Shown here: positions 25,975-38,289 of the stretch, piece after piece
Layout of the letters: the number at the start of each line of letters is the position of its first letter
How positions within the stretch are numbered: position 1 is the stretch's first letter
NCBI RefSeq assembly: GCF_030144855.1
Contig: NC_082710.1
Span: 183,644,001-183,708,000 of the forward strand
Direction of reading: 5' to 3'
Length of the DNA stretch: 64,000 nucleotides
Source of the DNA: Hypanus sabinus
Lineage: Eukaryota
Notes under the pieces: model-generated
The model's input: only the letters and a program-made list of their open reading frames with translations
The model's database searches: none
What the model was told of the DNA's origin: nothing
Translations under genes and position numbers: made by a program

Positions 25975-26199
25975 AGTTACCGAGAAACTCAACTATCCCG
26001 TCTGGGTCAAGGATCGTTCCACAGTCAAAATCACGAAGTTTCCTTTTCTTCCCCATTCTCATGTTTGGTCTGAACAACAACTGAACCTCTCGACCGGGTC
26101 TGCACGCTTCTATGCACTGAGGTGCCGCCACGCGATTGGCTGATTAGATATTTGCATTAACGAGCAGGTGTACACGTGTACCTAATAAAGTGGCCACTG
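25975..26199 (-). mobile_element. Tc1/mariner 5' end fragment
   Basis: TIR cagtggccactttattaggtacac and the transposase start MGKKRKLRDFDCGTI. Confidence 0.75.
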
Positions 26200-26201
26200 A
26201 A

Positions 26202-26230
26202 TTACGCCTCATTTCCCAGCTCGCCCTTGC
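26202..26230 (-). CDS. Candidate short terminal exon of gene 2, (S)KGELGNEA*
   Basis: Acceptor cctcttctccctgtctgtgcag 151 nt after the V donor; phase 1 in frame; TAA at 26202-26204 right next to the Tc1 end. Confidence 0.45.
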
Positions 26231-26381
26231 CTGCACAGACAGGGAGAAGAGGATGAGGGTGGGGAACATGGAGAGCATGGTGGATACGCCTTTTCCCTGG
26301 ATTGGCGGAAAATGTGAAAGGAGCCGGGGTAAACGGTGCCGGACGGGGAAGTCGTGGAGGTGGGTGTGTTGGGTTACTCAC

Positions 26382-26726
26382 TGGTCACCTCCAGCTGGAC
26401 ACTGGAATCGTGGTTGTTGTCGGGCGCCACCTCGACGAAGCAGTTGTAGCTGCCGACGTCCGACAGCTCGACACCGTGCAGCTTCAGCGAGACGTTGCCC
26501 ACTTGGAACTGGTCTTTGAAGAGCTGGGTGCGGCCCTTAAACCTGGGATCCTGCTGGTCGTTCTCATCCTGTCTGAAGCGGTAGAGGTGCACGAGGGTCT
26601 GGTCCTTGGTCCAGCGGATCTCCTTGTCCCGAAGGTCCATGGTCGGGATCACCTGGCATTCCAGCACCACGTGGGAGCTGACTTGTGCCATTATCGGAAT
26701 CCGGGAACAAGCCACCTGTAACTGCC
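26382..26726 (-). CDS. BTN-like gene 2, IgV exon (345 nt, phase 1-1)
   Basis: gttgcag acceptor; gtgagt donor. Encodes GQLQVACSRIPIMAQVSSHVVLECQVIP...EIRWTK..TLVHLYR...QDPRFKGRTQLFKDQFQVGNVSLKL..V..SDVGSYNCFV...LEVT; open frame. Confidence 0.95.
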
Positions 26727-26894
26727 CTGCAACGACAAGGGGGCCTGAAATTACTGACGGCATTCGTACAGGGTGATTCCAGATTGTCTCATGACATTCC
26801 CAGTACGCAAGTGTCATGCAGAACAAAATAATAGTTACTCCAGATCCGATGCAGCAGAAAAAAGCTCAATAATAAAAACGCAATAAACGCGAGG

Positions 26895-28300
26895 ATCAGA
26901 ATCAGGTTTATTATCACCAGCAGGTGCTGTGAGATTTGTTAACTTAGCAGCAGTTCAATGTAATACATAATACAGGGAAAAATAATAGACAAATAATAAT
27001 AAATGAAAAAATAAATAAGTAAATCTATTACAGTGTACATATATTGAATAGATTAAAAACGTGCAAAAGGAAATACTGTACATTTAAAAAAGCGAGGCAG
27101 TGGCTCAATGTCCATTTAGGAGTCGGATGGCAGAGGGGAAAAAGCTGTTCCTGAATCGCTGTGTGTGCCTTCAGGATTCTGTACCTCCTACCTGATTGTA
27201 ACAGTGAGAAAAGGGCATGCCCTGGGAGTTGGGGGACCTTAATAATGGACGTACACCCCTGAGGTGCACTTTTTGATGGTCAGCAAGGAAGAGCTGTCAT
27301 CACCACTCTGCACAGGCTGTGGTCTTCCGGTTGGGAAGTCGAGGATCCAATTGCAGAGGGAGGTGCAGAGGCCCAGGTTCTGCAGCTTCTCAGTCAGGAT
27401 TGTGGGAATGATGGTGTGGAATGCTGATTTATAGCCGATGAACAGCATCCTGACTTAGGTGTTTGTGTTGTCCAGGTGGTCCAATGTCATGTGGAGAGCC
27501 ATTGAGATTGCGTCTGCTGTTGACCCGTTCTGGTGATAGGCAAATTGCAATGGGTCCAGGTCCTTGCTGAGGCAGGAGTTCAGTCTAATCATAACCAACC
27601 TCTTAAAGCATTTCACCACTGTAGATGTGAGTGCTACCGGGCGAATGCCATTGAAGCAGCTCACATTATTCTTCTTATGTACTGATATAATTGTTGCCCT
27701 TTTGAAGCAAGTGGGAACTTCCAGCCATAGCAGTGAGAGGTCGAAAATGTCCTTGAATACTCTCACCAGTTGGTTGGCACAGGTTTTCAGAGCCTTACCA
27801 GGTACTCCATCGGGACCTTCCGCCTTGCGAGGGTTCACCCTCTTTAAAGACAGCCTAACATCGGCCTCTGAGACAGGGATCACAGGGTCATCAGGTGCAG
27901 CCGGGATCTTCACAGCTGTAGTTGTGTTCTCCCTCTCAAAGCACGCACAGAAGTCATTGAGTTCATCTGGTAGTGAAGCATCGCTGCTATTCATGCCATT
28001 GGGTTTCACGTTGCAGGAAGTAATGTCTTGCAAACCCTGCCAGAGTTGTGGTATATCCAATATCGCCTCCAACCTTCTTCAAAATCGTCTCATTGCTCTT
28101 GAATTAGCCCTCCGCAAATCATACCTGGTTTTCTGGTACAGATCTGGGTCGCCAGACTTGAATGCCACAGATCGAGCCTTCAGCACATGACGTACCTCCC
28201 GGTTCATCCACGGTTTTTGGTTTGGGAATGTACAGTAACTCTTTGTAGGCACACACTCATCCACACAGGTTTTCATGAAGTCGGTAACAGCTGCAGCCTA
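26895..28300 (-). mobile_element. Rex1/Babar-type LINE, internally deleted, in the leader-V intron of gene 2
   Basis: Translation KAEGPDGVPG..LK.CANQL...RPVALTS.VVKCF...DPLQFAY..N.STADAI; 3' tail aataaacctgattctgat. Confidence 0.85.
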
Positions 28301-28736
28301 TATAGATAATATACAGAGATTGAATGCATGTCCATAAAGTGACTGACAGGAAATGATAAAGTAGTGGTGGTTGGGGGTGTGGAGGGGTGGGTTAGTGGGT
28401 AGTTGGGGGTGTGGATCAGCCTCACTGCTTGGGGAAAGTAACTGGTTTTGAGTCTGGTGGTCCTGGCGTGGATGCTATGTAGCCTCCTCCCTGATGGGAG
28501 AGGGGAAACGTTTCATGAGCAGAGTGAATGGGATCAGTCATGATGTTCCAGCCACCCCTCCACACTCTCAGCCACCACTATTTTATCATTCCGTCAGTCA
28601 CTTTATGTACAGACACTCCTATATCTGGTGTCACTTTACGGATATCCATTCAATCTATGCATATAAGCTATCTCATGTCTTTGATGCAAAGGTCAATGCA
28701 TTTGACACTGACCACCAATCAGATGTCTGGTTAGAT

Positions 28737-29538
28737 CAGGCATGGGCAAACTACGGCCCGCGGGCCATATGCGGCCCGTTAAGCTTTTTAATCCGGCCCG
28801 CAGAACTTGATGAAATTATATTAATAAACCTTGTTAACGTTTTTTCCCCGCAATTCTGGCGTTTTCCCAATAGATGACGCACTCTATATACATCGACCTT
28901 TGTTGTGGTGCAGCGTATTACTCCACATTTGCGCTTTACTTTGTGACCTTGTGGCGACCCATTTCCTGGCACATCCGAACCGGCTCACAATGAGCCAGCG
29001 TTCCGGCTAAGGGAGATAGCCTGCGGGGATTTGCGAGCACAGAGCTCCGCATATTGGCGCGCTCTCACTGTTCTGTCATTGTGCGGGTCGTTGTTGAGTT
29101 TTGGCACAGGGGACAATTGAATAAGAAGGAGCAGGACAAGTAGACCTGCATCTCCTACCGTTTTTGAAATAAAGACAGTCAGGAGGAGAGTGATGATGAT
29201 AATATCTTGAAGGATAACAGAATTTTCAGTGCTTTAAAATAATAACTGTTACTATTAAAAAAAGCTGTATTTTATTAATTTAATTTTCAGTGTTTTAAAA
29301 GTCATTTCAATAAATAGCTAAATACCATGGGACTTCAAAGACAGAAATTTTGTTGTAATGCATTTGTTCATTTTCAATTGAAATTAAAGCACATGTTTTC
29401 TACATATCCCATGATATTTTATTTTCTCTTATGAGGTGTATTACCAAAACACTCCGTCCATCTGCTCCTAGTCCGGCCCCCCTGTCAAATTTTAGAAACC
29501 CTTTGTGGCCCTCAAGTCAAAAAGTTTGCCCACCCCTG
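28737..29538. mobile_element. hAT-Charlie-type MITE (802 bp)
   Basis: TIRs CAGGCATGGGCAAACT / AGTTTGCCCACCCCTG; 8-bp flanks ggttagat / ggttagag (7/8 match). Confidence 0.85.
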
Positions 29539-29751
29539 GGTTAGAGGATCGATGATGTAGGAGTTACTGGGGGGATGGGGAATGGAGGAAGAGTGGGAGG
29601 GTGTGGAGAGACAATGGCTTCACCCTCTCCCATCAGAAACCAATCAGATTCTCAAGCACCGTCACCAAAATGGATCCCACACTGTGCCAACTGCAAACGG
29701 AAGGCAGGCCGGCCCAGCGCACAGTCTAACAGAGGCGCGAGAGTCACTCAC

Positions 29752-29812
29752 CGGTCTGGACTTGATGGATGAAACCGAGGACGAGGAGAGGCAGCAACAC
29801 TGAGGACTCCAT
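29752..29812 (-). CDS. BTN-like gene 2, leader exon, coding part
   Basis: ATG at 29812 gives MESSVLLPLLVLGFIHQVQT + G|gtgagt (phase 1). Acceptor ctgcctttcag at 29848 implies 35 nt of 5'UTR. Confidence 0.88.
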
Positions 29813-30192
29813 CACAGCAAACCGTCACACCGCTGCCTGGGCACAGCCTGAAAGGCAGAATTTCCCACCAGGATTGGTACCCAGAAGAGAAAGAGCCAAT
29901 CTGCTCACCCTCCTCACCCCATGAGAAATGGCCGATGTGGAACACTCAAAATGCTGGGGGAAATCAGCAGGGTAGGCAGCATTTATGGAGAGGAATAAAC
30001 AGTTGATATTTTGTGCCGAGACCCTTCATCAGGACTGAAATCGATTTCTCTAACTCCCAGTGTCTTCTACCCCTCCTACCTTGTGTCTTTTTCCATTCCT
30101 CACTCTGGTTCCTCTCTCACCCACCCTACAATTCCCGTTGGGTCCCCTACTCCTTCCCTTTCCCCACGGCCCACTCTCCTCTCCTAGATATC

Positions 30193-30617
30193 TGTCACAA
30201 CCACAGATTCGGCAGCGCAGCAGATACGGCAATTGCACTCGTGACTATGCTCGTGTCCGCTAATGATTATTTCACTGTGTTAGTGTTTAACTCTATTCAT
30301 TCCGTCGGAGTACTTGCCGAGACTTGGATACAGTCATAGCTACACTTCATTACCTGCATTCCGGTTTGCCTCAGAGAACTGGACAATCCAGCCTCTGACT
30401 CCGAAGGCTAGCGGGATTCGTTTGATTCTTAGTTGTCCGTTTCAGCCACAGTGCAGGCTTCGTTTTCTGATCGAGTGTTTTGGTCAATGGCCCTGTTTTG
30501 GCCTAGTGTTTATTTATTTATTTCCCCTTTAACTTTGTTCACATTAAAGTCTGTGAGATATCAGCCTGCTTCAGCGCCTCTCACTCCGCACTTGGGCCAT
30601 ATCCGCATCTGTTGACA
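30193..30617 (+). mobile_element. Probable solo LTR
   Basis: TGTCA...TGACA termini and ATTAAA near the 3' end; no clean target-site duplication. Confidence 0.45.
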
Positions 30618-32018
30618 GTCTCAATGAGATCCTGTCTTATTCTTCTAAATCGCAGCAAGTACAGGCCCAGGGTCACCAAACCCTCCTCATATGTTAACAC
30701 TTTCAATCCCAGAATCATTCTTGTGAACCTCCTCTGGACCATCTCCACATCCATTTCCTCCAAGTCCCACCCATTCCCTCCAAGTCCCACCCATTCCCTT
30801 TCTGTCACCTGAGCAGGGGAACTCAGAGGGTGATGTGGGGGCGGGGGAGGCCACGGGGGTTTGGGGGATGTGGAGATGCTTACAGAGATAGTGTAGTGGG
30901 AAGTACTGGTAATGTCCATGGAAGTATCTGGAGGGTCACAGGACACCGGATCAGTGAAACAGGCCCTTCTTCCCACTTAGTTTGTGCCAATCTATTAATC
31001 CAGCTGGAGAACCAACAGTAACCTGTCAGGTCAGGGAGAGGTCCCTCGCCACAGATGCAGTGTGACTCGGGGCAAGTGGTCGAAATGGGGGCCACAGTGA
31101 TCACTGGCCACCAGGATGGTGGTGTCTGGCACAGTGTGGGCGCCAGGGGCAGCTGGCAGCCCGGAAGGCAGGTGAAATGGTACCAACAAAACCTGTGTAG
31201 AATTAGTTTTTGTCATGTGATGGAAACAGAGTGAAAACAGTTGTTTGAGTCGTCGGCTGACACAGTCTGAGGATGTGCTGTGGGCAGCCACAAGTGTCAC
31301 CTGGGGCCAACATAGCATGCCCACGATGCATTAACCCTTACCCATGCACCTTTGGAATGTGGGAGGAAACCAGAGCACCTGGAGGAAACCCATGCGGGTT
31401 AATAGGTTTCAATGGGATCTCCCCTCATTTTTCTAAACTTTCATTGCTGGGATCATTTTCATGAACCTCCTCTGAACCCTCTCCAGTGGCACTACATCTT
31501 TTCTTAGACAAGAGGCCCAAAACTGCTCACAATACTCCAAGTGCAGTGTGAGCAACTGCTCCGCTCCACTCTGCTATCACAGCACCGCCTCTCAGCTATC
31601 CTGTCTCCACACTCTTCCCTTGCACCTCCTGTCCTCTCCGGCTCCTTTGTATCTGCTTTGGAACGCTTCGGAATGCTTGCTAAGCATGGCTTCCCCTCCA
31701 CGGACAGGGTCAGAGCACAGAAACAGACCCTTCTGGTCCGAGCCGAACTGCTGCTTAACCCCGACTACAGCCCTCCACACCCTGCCGACCTCTGACCCCC
31801 TTCGCTCCAAAGAGAACAAGTGTGGTTTCACCAGGGTTTTAGGGTACCGCAAAATTACCTCACTGCCCCTGAACGACTGACTAATGGAGACCAACTCACC
31901 GTATGCCTTCTTAACAACCCTAGCAACTTGGATGGCAACTTTGAGGGACTTATGTCCATGATCCCTGTTCCCTCTGTTCCCCAGAATCCTGTCCTCTGCC
32001 TCCAAGTTTGACCTTTCA

Positions 32019-33568
32019 CTTTACCTAACTTTAGATTTTACTATTGGGCGAATAATATTCGAAACTTAATATACTGGAAACAAGATTTGGACTCATCATT
32101 ATGCCCACAGTGGGTAAATTTGGAATGTAATGATGCACGAGAATATTCCTTATTCTCTGTTCTTGGTTCTTCTCTTCCCGTTGATTTAGTCAAGTTCAAT
32201 AAACAGATATCTAACCCGATTGTCAAACATACATTACGAATTTGGTTTCAATTTCATAAATTTTTCACTCTGAGAAATTTTGTTCTTGATAGCCCTATCT
32301 TATTTAACTTTTTTTTAAAATCCTCCTTAATAGATCAAGCCTTTAGCGTATGGAAAAGGAAAGGTGTAACATGCTTTCGTGATCTTTTTTCTGAAGGGAG
32401 TTTGATGTCTTTTGACCAACTTTCTAACAAATTTAAGTTACCTAAAACTTATTTTTTTAGATATTTACAAATTAGAAACTTTTTAAATAAAGTTTTACCA
32501 TCCTTTCCCAATTCAACTCCGATGGATTTTTTAGATATAATTTTTACCTTGAATCCTTGTCAGAAGGGTTTAGTGGCTCTTATTTATAATATGATCATGA
32601 AGATACAACCAGAAATGTCAGGCAGAATTAAACAAGAGTGGGAAAAAGAGCTTCATTATGTTATATCAACAGAAAAATGGGAAAAAAATTTACAAATGGT
32701 TAACTCTTCTTCTATATGTGCTAAACATGCTTTAATACAATTTAAGGTGGTACATAGAGCCCATATGTCTAAAGATAAGCTTGCTCGGTTCTATTCTCAT
32801 ATTAACCCTCAATGTGACAGATGTCACTCAGAAGTTGCTTCATTGACCCACCTGTTTTGGTCATGTCCCACCTTATATAACTATTGGAAGGATATATTTG
32901 CTATCATTTCCTCAGTTTGGAATATTGATTTACAACCTCATTTTATCACTGCAATTTTTGGTATACCAATTGAGGATGGTAGTCGATTCTCCCCTCCGAT
33001 TAGACGAATGATCGCCTTTGCAACTCTAATGGCCAGAAGGTCTATATTACAAAATTGGAAAGAAGTAAACCCTCCTACCACGTTTCAGTGGTTCTCTCAA
33101 ACTATTTCTTGTTTGAGCTTAGAAAAAATTAGAAGTGCTATTTTTGATCCATCAATTAAATTTGAAGAAACTTGGGGACCGTTTATTCGACATTTTCATA
33201 TGAGTTAATTTGACCTCTTCCGGATCTTTTCTCTTTTTATCCTTGTTCTGGTATGGAGTTCCGGAGTTCTTGATACTATCACGTACATATAAACTATTAT
33301 TATTGCCCATGTTAGTTTAGGTTTATTGTTTTATTTCAATATATATTTTTTCTTGTATTTTTTTCTCTCTTTTTGTGATGATCCTTTTTTTATATACAAT
33401 TAATACAGGTTTGATTGATTATTTTATGATGTTCCTTGCTGATATCTCAATAAGATATTGATATCTTATTACTAATTTAACTTCAAGCCTAGTGTATTTA
33501 TAACCTACTCATTATTATGTTATGTTATATTTTTTATATATGAAACTTAATAAAAAGATTGAAAAAGA
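32019..33568 (+). mobile_element. 5'-truncated L1-clade LINE with intact ORF2 C-terminus
   Basis: Open frame 32021-33208 (LPNFRFYYWA...CDRC..EVASLTHLFWSC zinc knuckle); A-rich tail; perfect 15-bp TSD aagtttgacctttca at 32004-32018 and 33569-33583. Confidence 0.92.
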
Positions 33569-33586
33569 AAGTTTGACCTTTCAGAG

Positions 33587-34331
33587 TGTAAAGGGGGGTT
33601 TCTTCTCTATCTTTGTTACTGCGTATGTTAATCAAAATAGCTTCTCTGTTAAAAGTAGGAATGCTTCTTTGTCGCGAGAGAGTGCTGGAAGCTTGTTTGG
33701 GTTAAAATTTACTGATAACGAGAATTGTATTCCTGTGTAAACCAATTGGGATTAATGTTGTTCTTTCCTCTGAGTCTGTAAGCTTTTGTTGACGGGCTTT
33801 TGGGCAGATCGGCGCGAGGGGGTCGAGAGAGAGGACGCAATGCTGTAAACTGGGCGAGGAACGGACCCCAAGCGGGGGTCCGAGGCCAGGAGGTACCCCG
33901 AGGAGGGGGGATGAAGCTAGATGTGCTTGGTTGACCACTTGGAGGGTCCTGAGCTGCGAGTCGAGGAGTTCGGAGGGGATCGAATGGTGGCCAGAAGACT
34001 TCAGTAATTGAGCTCCAACGGTTGTGCACGAAGTGGTTTGGACTTTGATAAGTTTGGTGCCTTTTCTTTACTTTTTTTCTTTCATATATACTGTATGGTT
34101 ATTAATCACTTAGTTATAAACCTTTATAAAGTTATAAACCTTTATAAATTGTACTCATTTAATCGCATATGGTGAACTGTCTGTTTTTGGGCGAGGCGGG
34201 GACATCACACAGCATCCACACCAGCTGATTACCCAGTTTGGCGGGGCCGAAGGCTGCTCCCCCTAGACAAGAACGAGCTGAGCGAGCCTGAGGCGACCCA
34301 GGGGGTTACATTGTGAGGGCTCGTCCGGGAT
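33587..34331 (+). mobile_element. LTR (33587-34310) followed by a tRNA-Pro primer-binding site; internal region truncated
   Basis: TGTAA...TTACA termini; tgagggctcgtccgggat at 34314-34331 matches the PBS-Pro sequence TGGGGGCTCGTCCGGGAT at 17/18 positions. Confidence 0.8.
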
Positions 34332-35619
34332 TGATTTCTGTGGAAGCTGTGCACCACTCAGTGTGCAATCTATTGTTTCTGTAACAGAAATGTCAGCCAA
34401 ATTTCACAGCGGAAGGGAGGGCCGCCTTAAATAATAGTAATAGCAAATACTTCATTGACCCCAAGTAGGAAATTCTATCGTTAGAGCAGCAACACGGAAA
34501 ACAGTGTGTAGACCGAACTAATAAAGCAGGGAATAATAATGTACACAGTACTAATTTACCAATGTGCAATAATTTCCAATGATGTACGAAACAGTAAGTC
34601 AGAGTCTGTTGTACAGTAATGTGTGTTCTTTTGTCGCGGATGAACTGTTCGGGAGGATGTACCCGATTGTCCATAATGGATAACAGATTGCTTAGTGACC
34701 TCTTCTCCACCCCTAACTCAAAAGAGTCCGGTTGTAGACAAGGATGAGCTCTTAATAAGTTTATTTAGTCTTTTTTGCATCTCCAGCACCGATGCTGTCC
34801 CCTCCCCGCCATAAAGCCGCAAAGGGGATTGCTCTCAACACCACGTGAGCACCAGGAAACTGGTGGGGCCAGCAGCCATTACACCCTGTGGTCTGAAACA
34901 GCCCTGCAAGTTCGTTTTATTCACAACATGGCAAAGGAGCAGCGATCAAATACCCGAGTACAGTATCTGCCTCCATCGCCGGACGTTCATCCGCCTGACG
35001 AAGAGCCCATCGGACCCGCCTCGACCAAAATTCAAAGTATTTGCATATACCACCCCCTGGATTCATATTCTTGCAGGCATTCCCAGTAAATACAAAGAAA
35101 CAGTAGAATCAATTCAGATATCTGATGGCGGAGGGGAGGGAAGTTGATTCTGAAATGCATTTTCTCTGCTATTAGACATTTCAATCCAGGAAATAAGATT
35201 ACGAGACGCTCTTTATCCGTGCTTCTCGCAATCTTATAAACCTTTGGTTATTATTTTTAAATACAATTGAACTCTGCATAACGCTTTGTCCTTGAATCTA
35301 GGAATTAATAAATGTGAAGATTCTTGTGAAGATGTTTTCATTATGAATAAAGTTTATTTTAGTTTTAAAAATGTAAATCTTACACATTTTTATATATAGA
35401 TTACCACTTGTTGAAATAGAAGTATTTTTTGTGTGTGTTGTTTGTTGTGTTAATACAGCAACTTCTGTATTTTCTGAATAATATAAGGAGGCATAGGAAG
35501 GTGAAAGCTGTATCTTATGGTACTAAAATGCAAATAAACATACTGTAGCAAAAAATGTAAATCTCTATCAGATCTTCCCTCGGCCTCCACCAGTCCAGAG
35601 AAAACCTGTACAAAAAGGA

Positions 35620-37820
35620 CGGGTTGCACTTGAATCCGAGGGGGACCGATATCCTGGCGGGAAGATCTGCTAAGGGTATTGGGGAGAGTTTAAACTAGAA
35701 TTGCTGGGGGGGGGGGGGTGGGGGTGGGTGGGAACCGAACAGAAGTGTCTGGTTGGCTCACAAATGGAGAAGGCTTGTAGACAGTGTGAAAGGGGGTATA
35801 GGCAGGTGATAGAGAAGGGACGCACTCAAGACTAATGGTTTGAGATGTGTCTATTTTAATGCGAGGAGTATCATGAATAAAGCGGATGAGCTTACAGCGT
35901 GGATCAGCACTTGATGATGTTGTGGCCATTACAGAGATTTGGATGGTGCAGGGGCAGGAATGGCTACTTCAAGTGCCGGGTTTTAGATGTTTCATAAAGG
36001 ACAGGGAGGGAGGCAAAAGAGGTGGGGGCGTGGCACTGTTGATCAGAGATAGTGCCACGGCTGCAGAAAATAAGGAAGTCATGGAGGTCTGCGGAATCTC
36101 TTTGGTGGAAGTTAGGAACAGGGAGGGGTCAATAACTCTACTGGGTGTTTTTTATAGACCACCCAATAGTAACAGGGATATCGCGGAGCAGACAGGGAAA
36201 CAGATTCTGGAAAGGAGTAATAATAACAGGGTTGTTATGGTGTGAGATTTTAATTTCCCAATTATCGATTGGCATCTCCCTAGAGTGACTGGTTTAGAAG
36301 GGGTGGAGTTGTTAGGTGTGCTCAGGGAGGTTTCTTGACACAATATGTGGATAAGCCTACAAGAGGAGAGGCTGTACTTGGTCTGGTATTGGGATATGAA
36401 CCTGGTCAGGTGTCAGATCTCTCAGGTGAGAGAATAGGACCAATCAAGGGATCTTGCCGATTGTAGGGATGACTTACAGCAGACTGAAAAACGTGTATGT
36501 AGATGTTAAGGATGTGCTGGAGCTTTTGGAAAGCATTAAGTTGGACAAGTAACTGGGACCGGATGGGATGTACCCCGGGCTACTCTGGGAAGCGAGGGAG
36601 GAGATTGCTGAGCCTCTGGCGATGATCTTTGCATCATCAACGAAGATGGGAGAGGTTCCGGAGGATTGGAGGGTTGCAGATGTTGTTCCCTTATTCAAGA
36701 AAGGGAGTAGGGATAGCCCAGGTAATTATAGACCAGTGAGTCTTACTCCAGTGGTTGGTAAGTTGATAGAGAAGATTGTGAGAGGCAGAATATGATTAGG
36801 AAGTCAGCATAGCTTAGTCAAAGGAAACTATGCCTTACGAGCCTGATGGAAGTTCTTGAGGCTGTGACTAAACACATTGATGAAGGTGGAGCGGCAGGTG
36901 TAATGTATATGGATTTAAGCAAGCATTTGATAAGGTACCCTATGCAAGGCTTATTGAGAAATTAAGGAGGCATGGGATTCAGGGAGACATGGCTTTGTGG
37001 ATCCAGAACTGGCTTGCCCACAGAAGGCGAAGAATGCTTGTAGAAAGGTCATATTCTACGTATTGGTCAGTGACCAGTGGGGTGTGCCAGGGATCTGTTC
37101 TGGGACCCCTACTCTTTGTGATTTTTATAAATGACCTGGTTGAGGGAGGAAGTGGAGGGATGGGTTAGTAAGTTTGCTGATGACACAAAGGTTGGAGGTA
37201 TTGTGGATAGTGTGGAGGGCTGTCAGAGGTTACAGCACGACATTGATACGATGCCAAACTGGGCTGAGAAGTGGTAGATGGAGTTCAAGTGTGAAGTGGT
37301 TCATTTTAGTAAATCAAATATGATGGCAGAATATAGTATTAATGGTAAGACTCTTGGCAGTGTGGAGGATCAGAGGGATCTTGGGGTCTGAGTCCATAGG
37401 ACACTCCAAGCGGTTGCACAGGTTGACTCTGAGGTTAAGAAGGCATATGGTGCATTTTTCTTCACCAATCGTGGGATTGAGTTTAAGAGGTGAGAGGTAA
37501 TGTTGAAGCTATATAGGACCCTGGTCAGACCCCACTTGGGAGTACTGTGCTCCAATTCTGGTTGCCTCACTACAGGAAGGAGGTGGAAACCATGCGGAGG
37601 AGATTTACAAGGATGATGCCTGGATTGGGGAGCATGCCGTATGAGAATAGGTTGAGAGACCTTGGCCTTTTCTCCTTGGAGCGACAGAGGATGAGAGGTG
37701 ACCTGATAGAGGTGTACAAGATAATGAGTCATTGTGTGGGTAGTTGGAGGCTTTTCCCCAGGGCTGAAATGGCTAACATGAGAGGGCATATTCTTAAGGC
37801 GCTTGGAAGTGGGTACAGAG
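35620..37820 (+). mobile_element. Long degenerate CR1 LINE (end of ORF1 esterase, endonuclease, RT, 3' ORF2)
   Basis: Translations DGLHLNPRG-like, VVAITEIW..QGQEW..GVFYRPPNS and NYRPVSLT.VVGKL.EKI; many frameshifts. Confidence 0.88.
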
Positions 37821-38289
37821 AAGTTAAGCCTAACTGGAGTTCTAGCAAACAGCAATGTAACTCCCAGATCGCTGTTCTACCACACTCCTCAGTTCCTGTG
37901 CTTCACCGTAGGTGAGACCTGTACTGGTCTGTCCTCCCAAAGTACAACACCTCACACATTCAATTCAATCTGCCAATTTTCAGCCCATTTTTCCAGCTGG
38001 TCCAGATCCCTCTGCAAGTCTTCCATTTCACATTCAAAGTATTATATCATAAAATAGCTCATCGAGTTTGCAGTGCCATTCCATCGTGGCTGATTTATCA
38101 TCCCTCTCAACCCCATCTGCCCACCTTCTCCCCATAACCTTTGACACCCTGATTAATCAAGAACCGATTAACCTCCAGTTTAAATACCCCCAATGACTGT
38201 GCCCCCCACAGCCACCTGTGGCAATGAACTCCACAGGGTCAGCACCCTCTGGCTAAAGAAATTGCTCCTCATCTCTGTTCTGAGGCTGT

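Noticed and set aside
26839-26900. Hydrophobic minus-strand frame LILAFIAFLLLSFFLLHRIW with a phase-1 GT, resembling a leader exon for gene 2
   Set aside because: No in-frame ATG, it partly overlaps a LINE tail and the donor is weak; a much better leader exists at 29752-29812.
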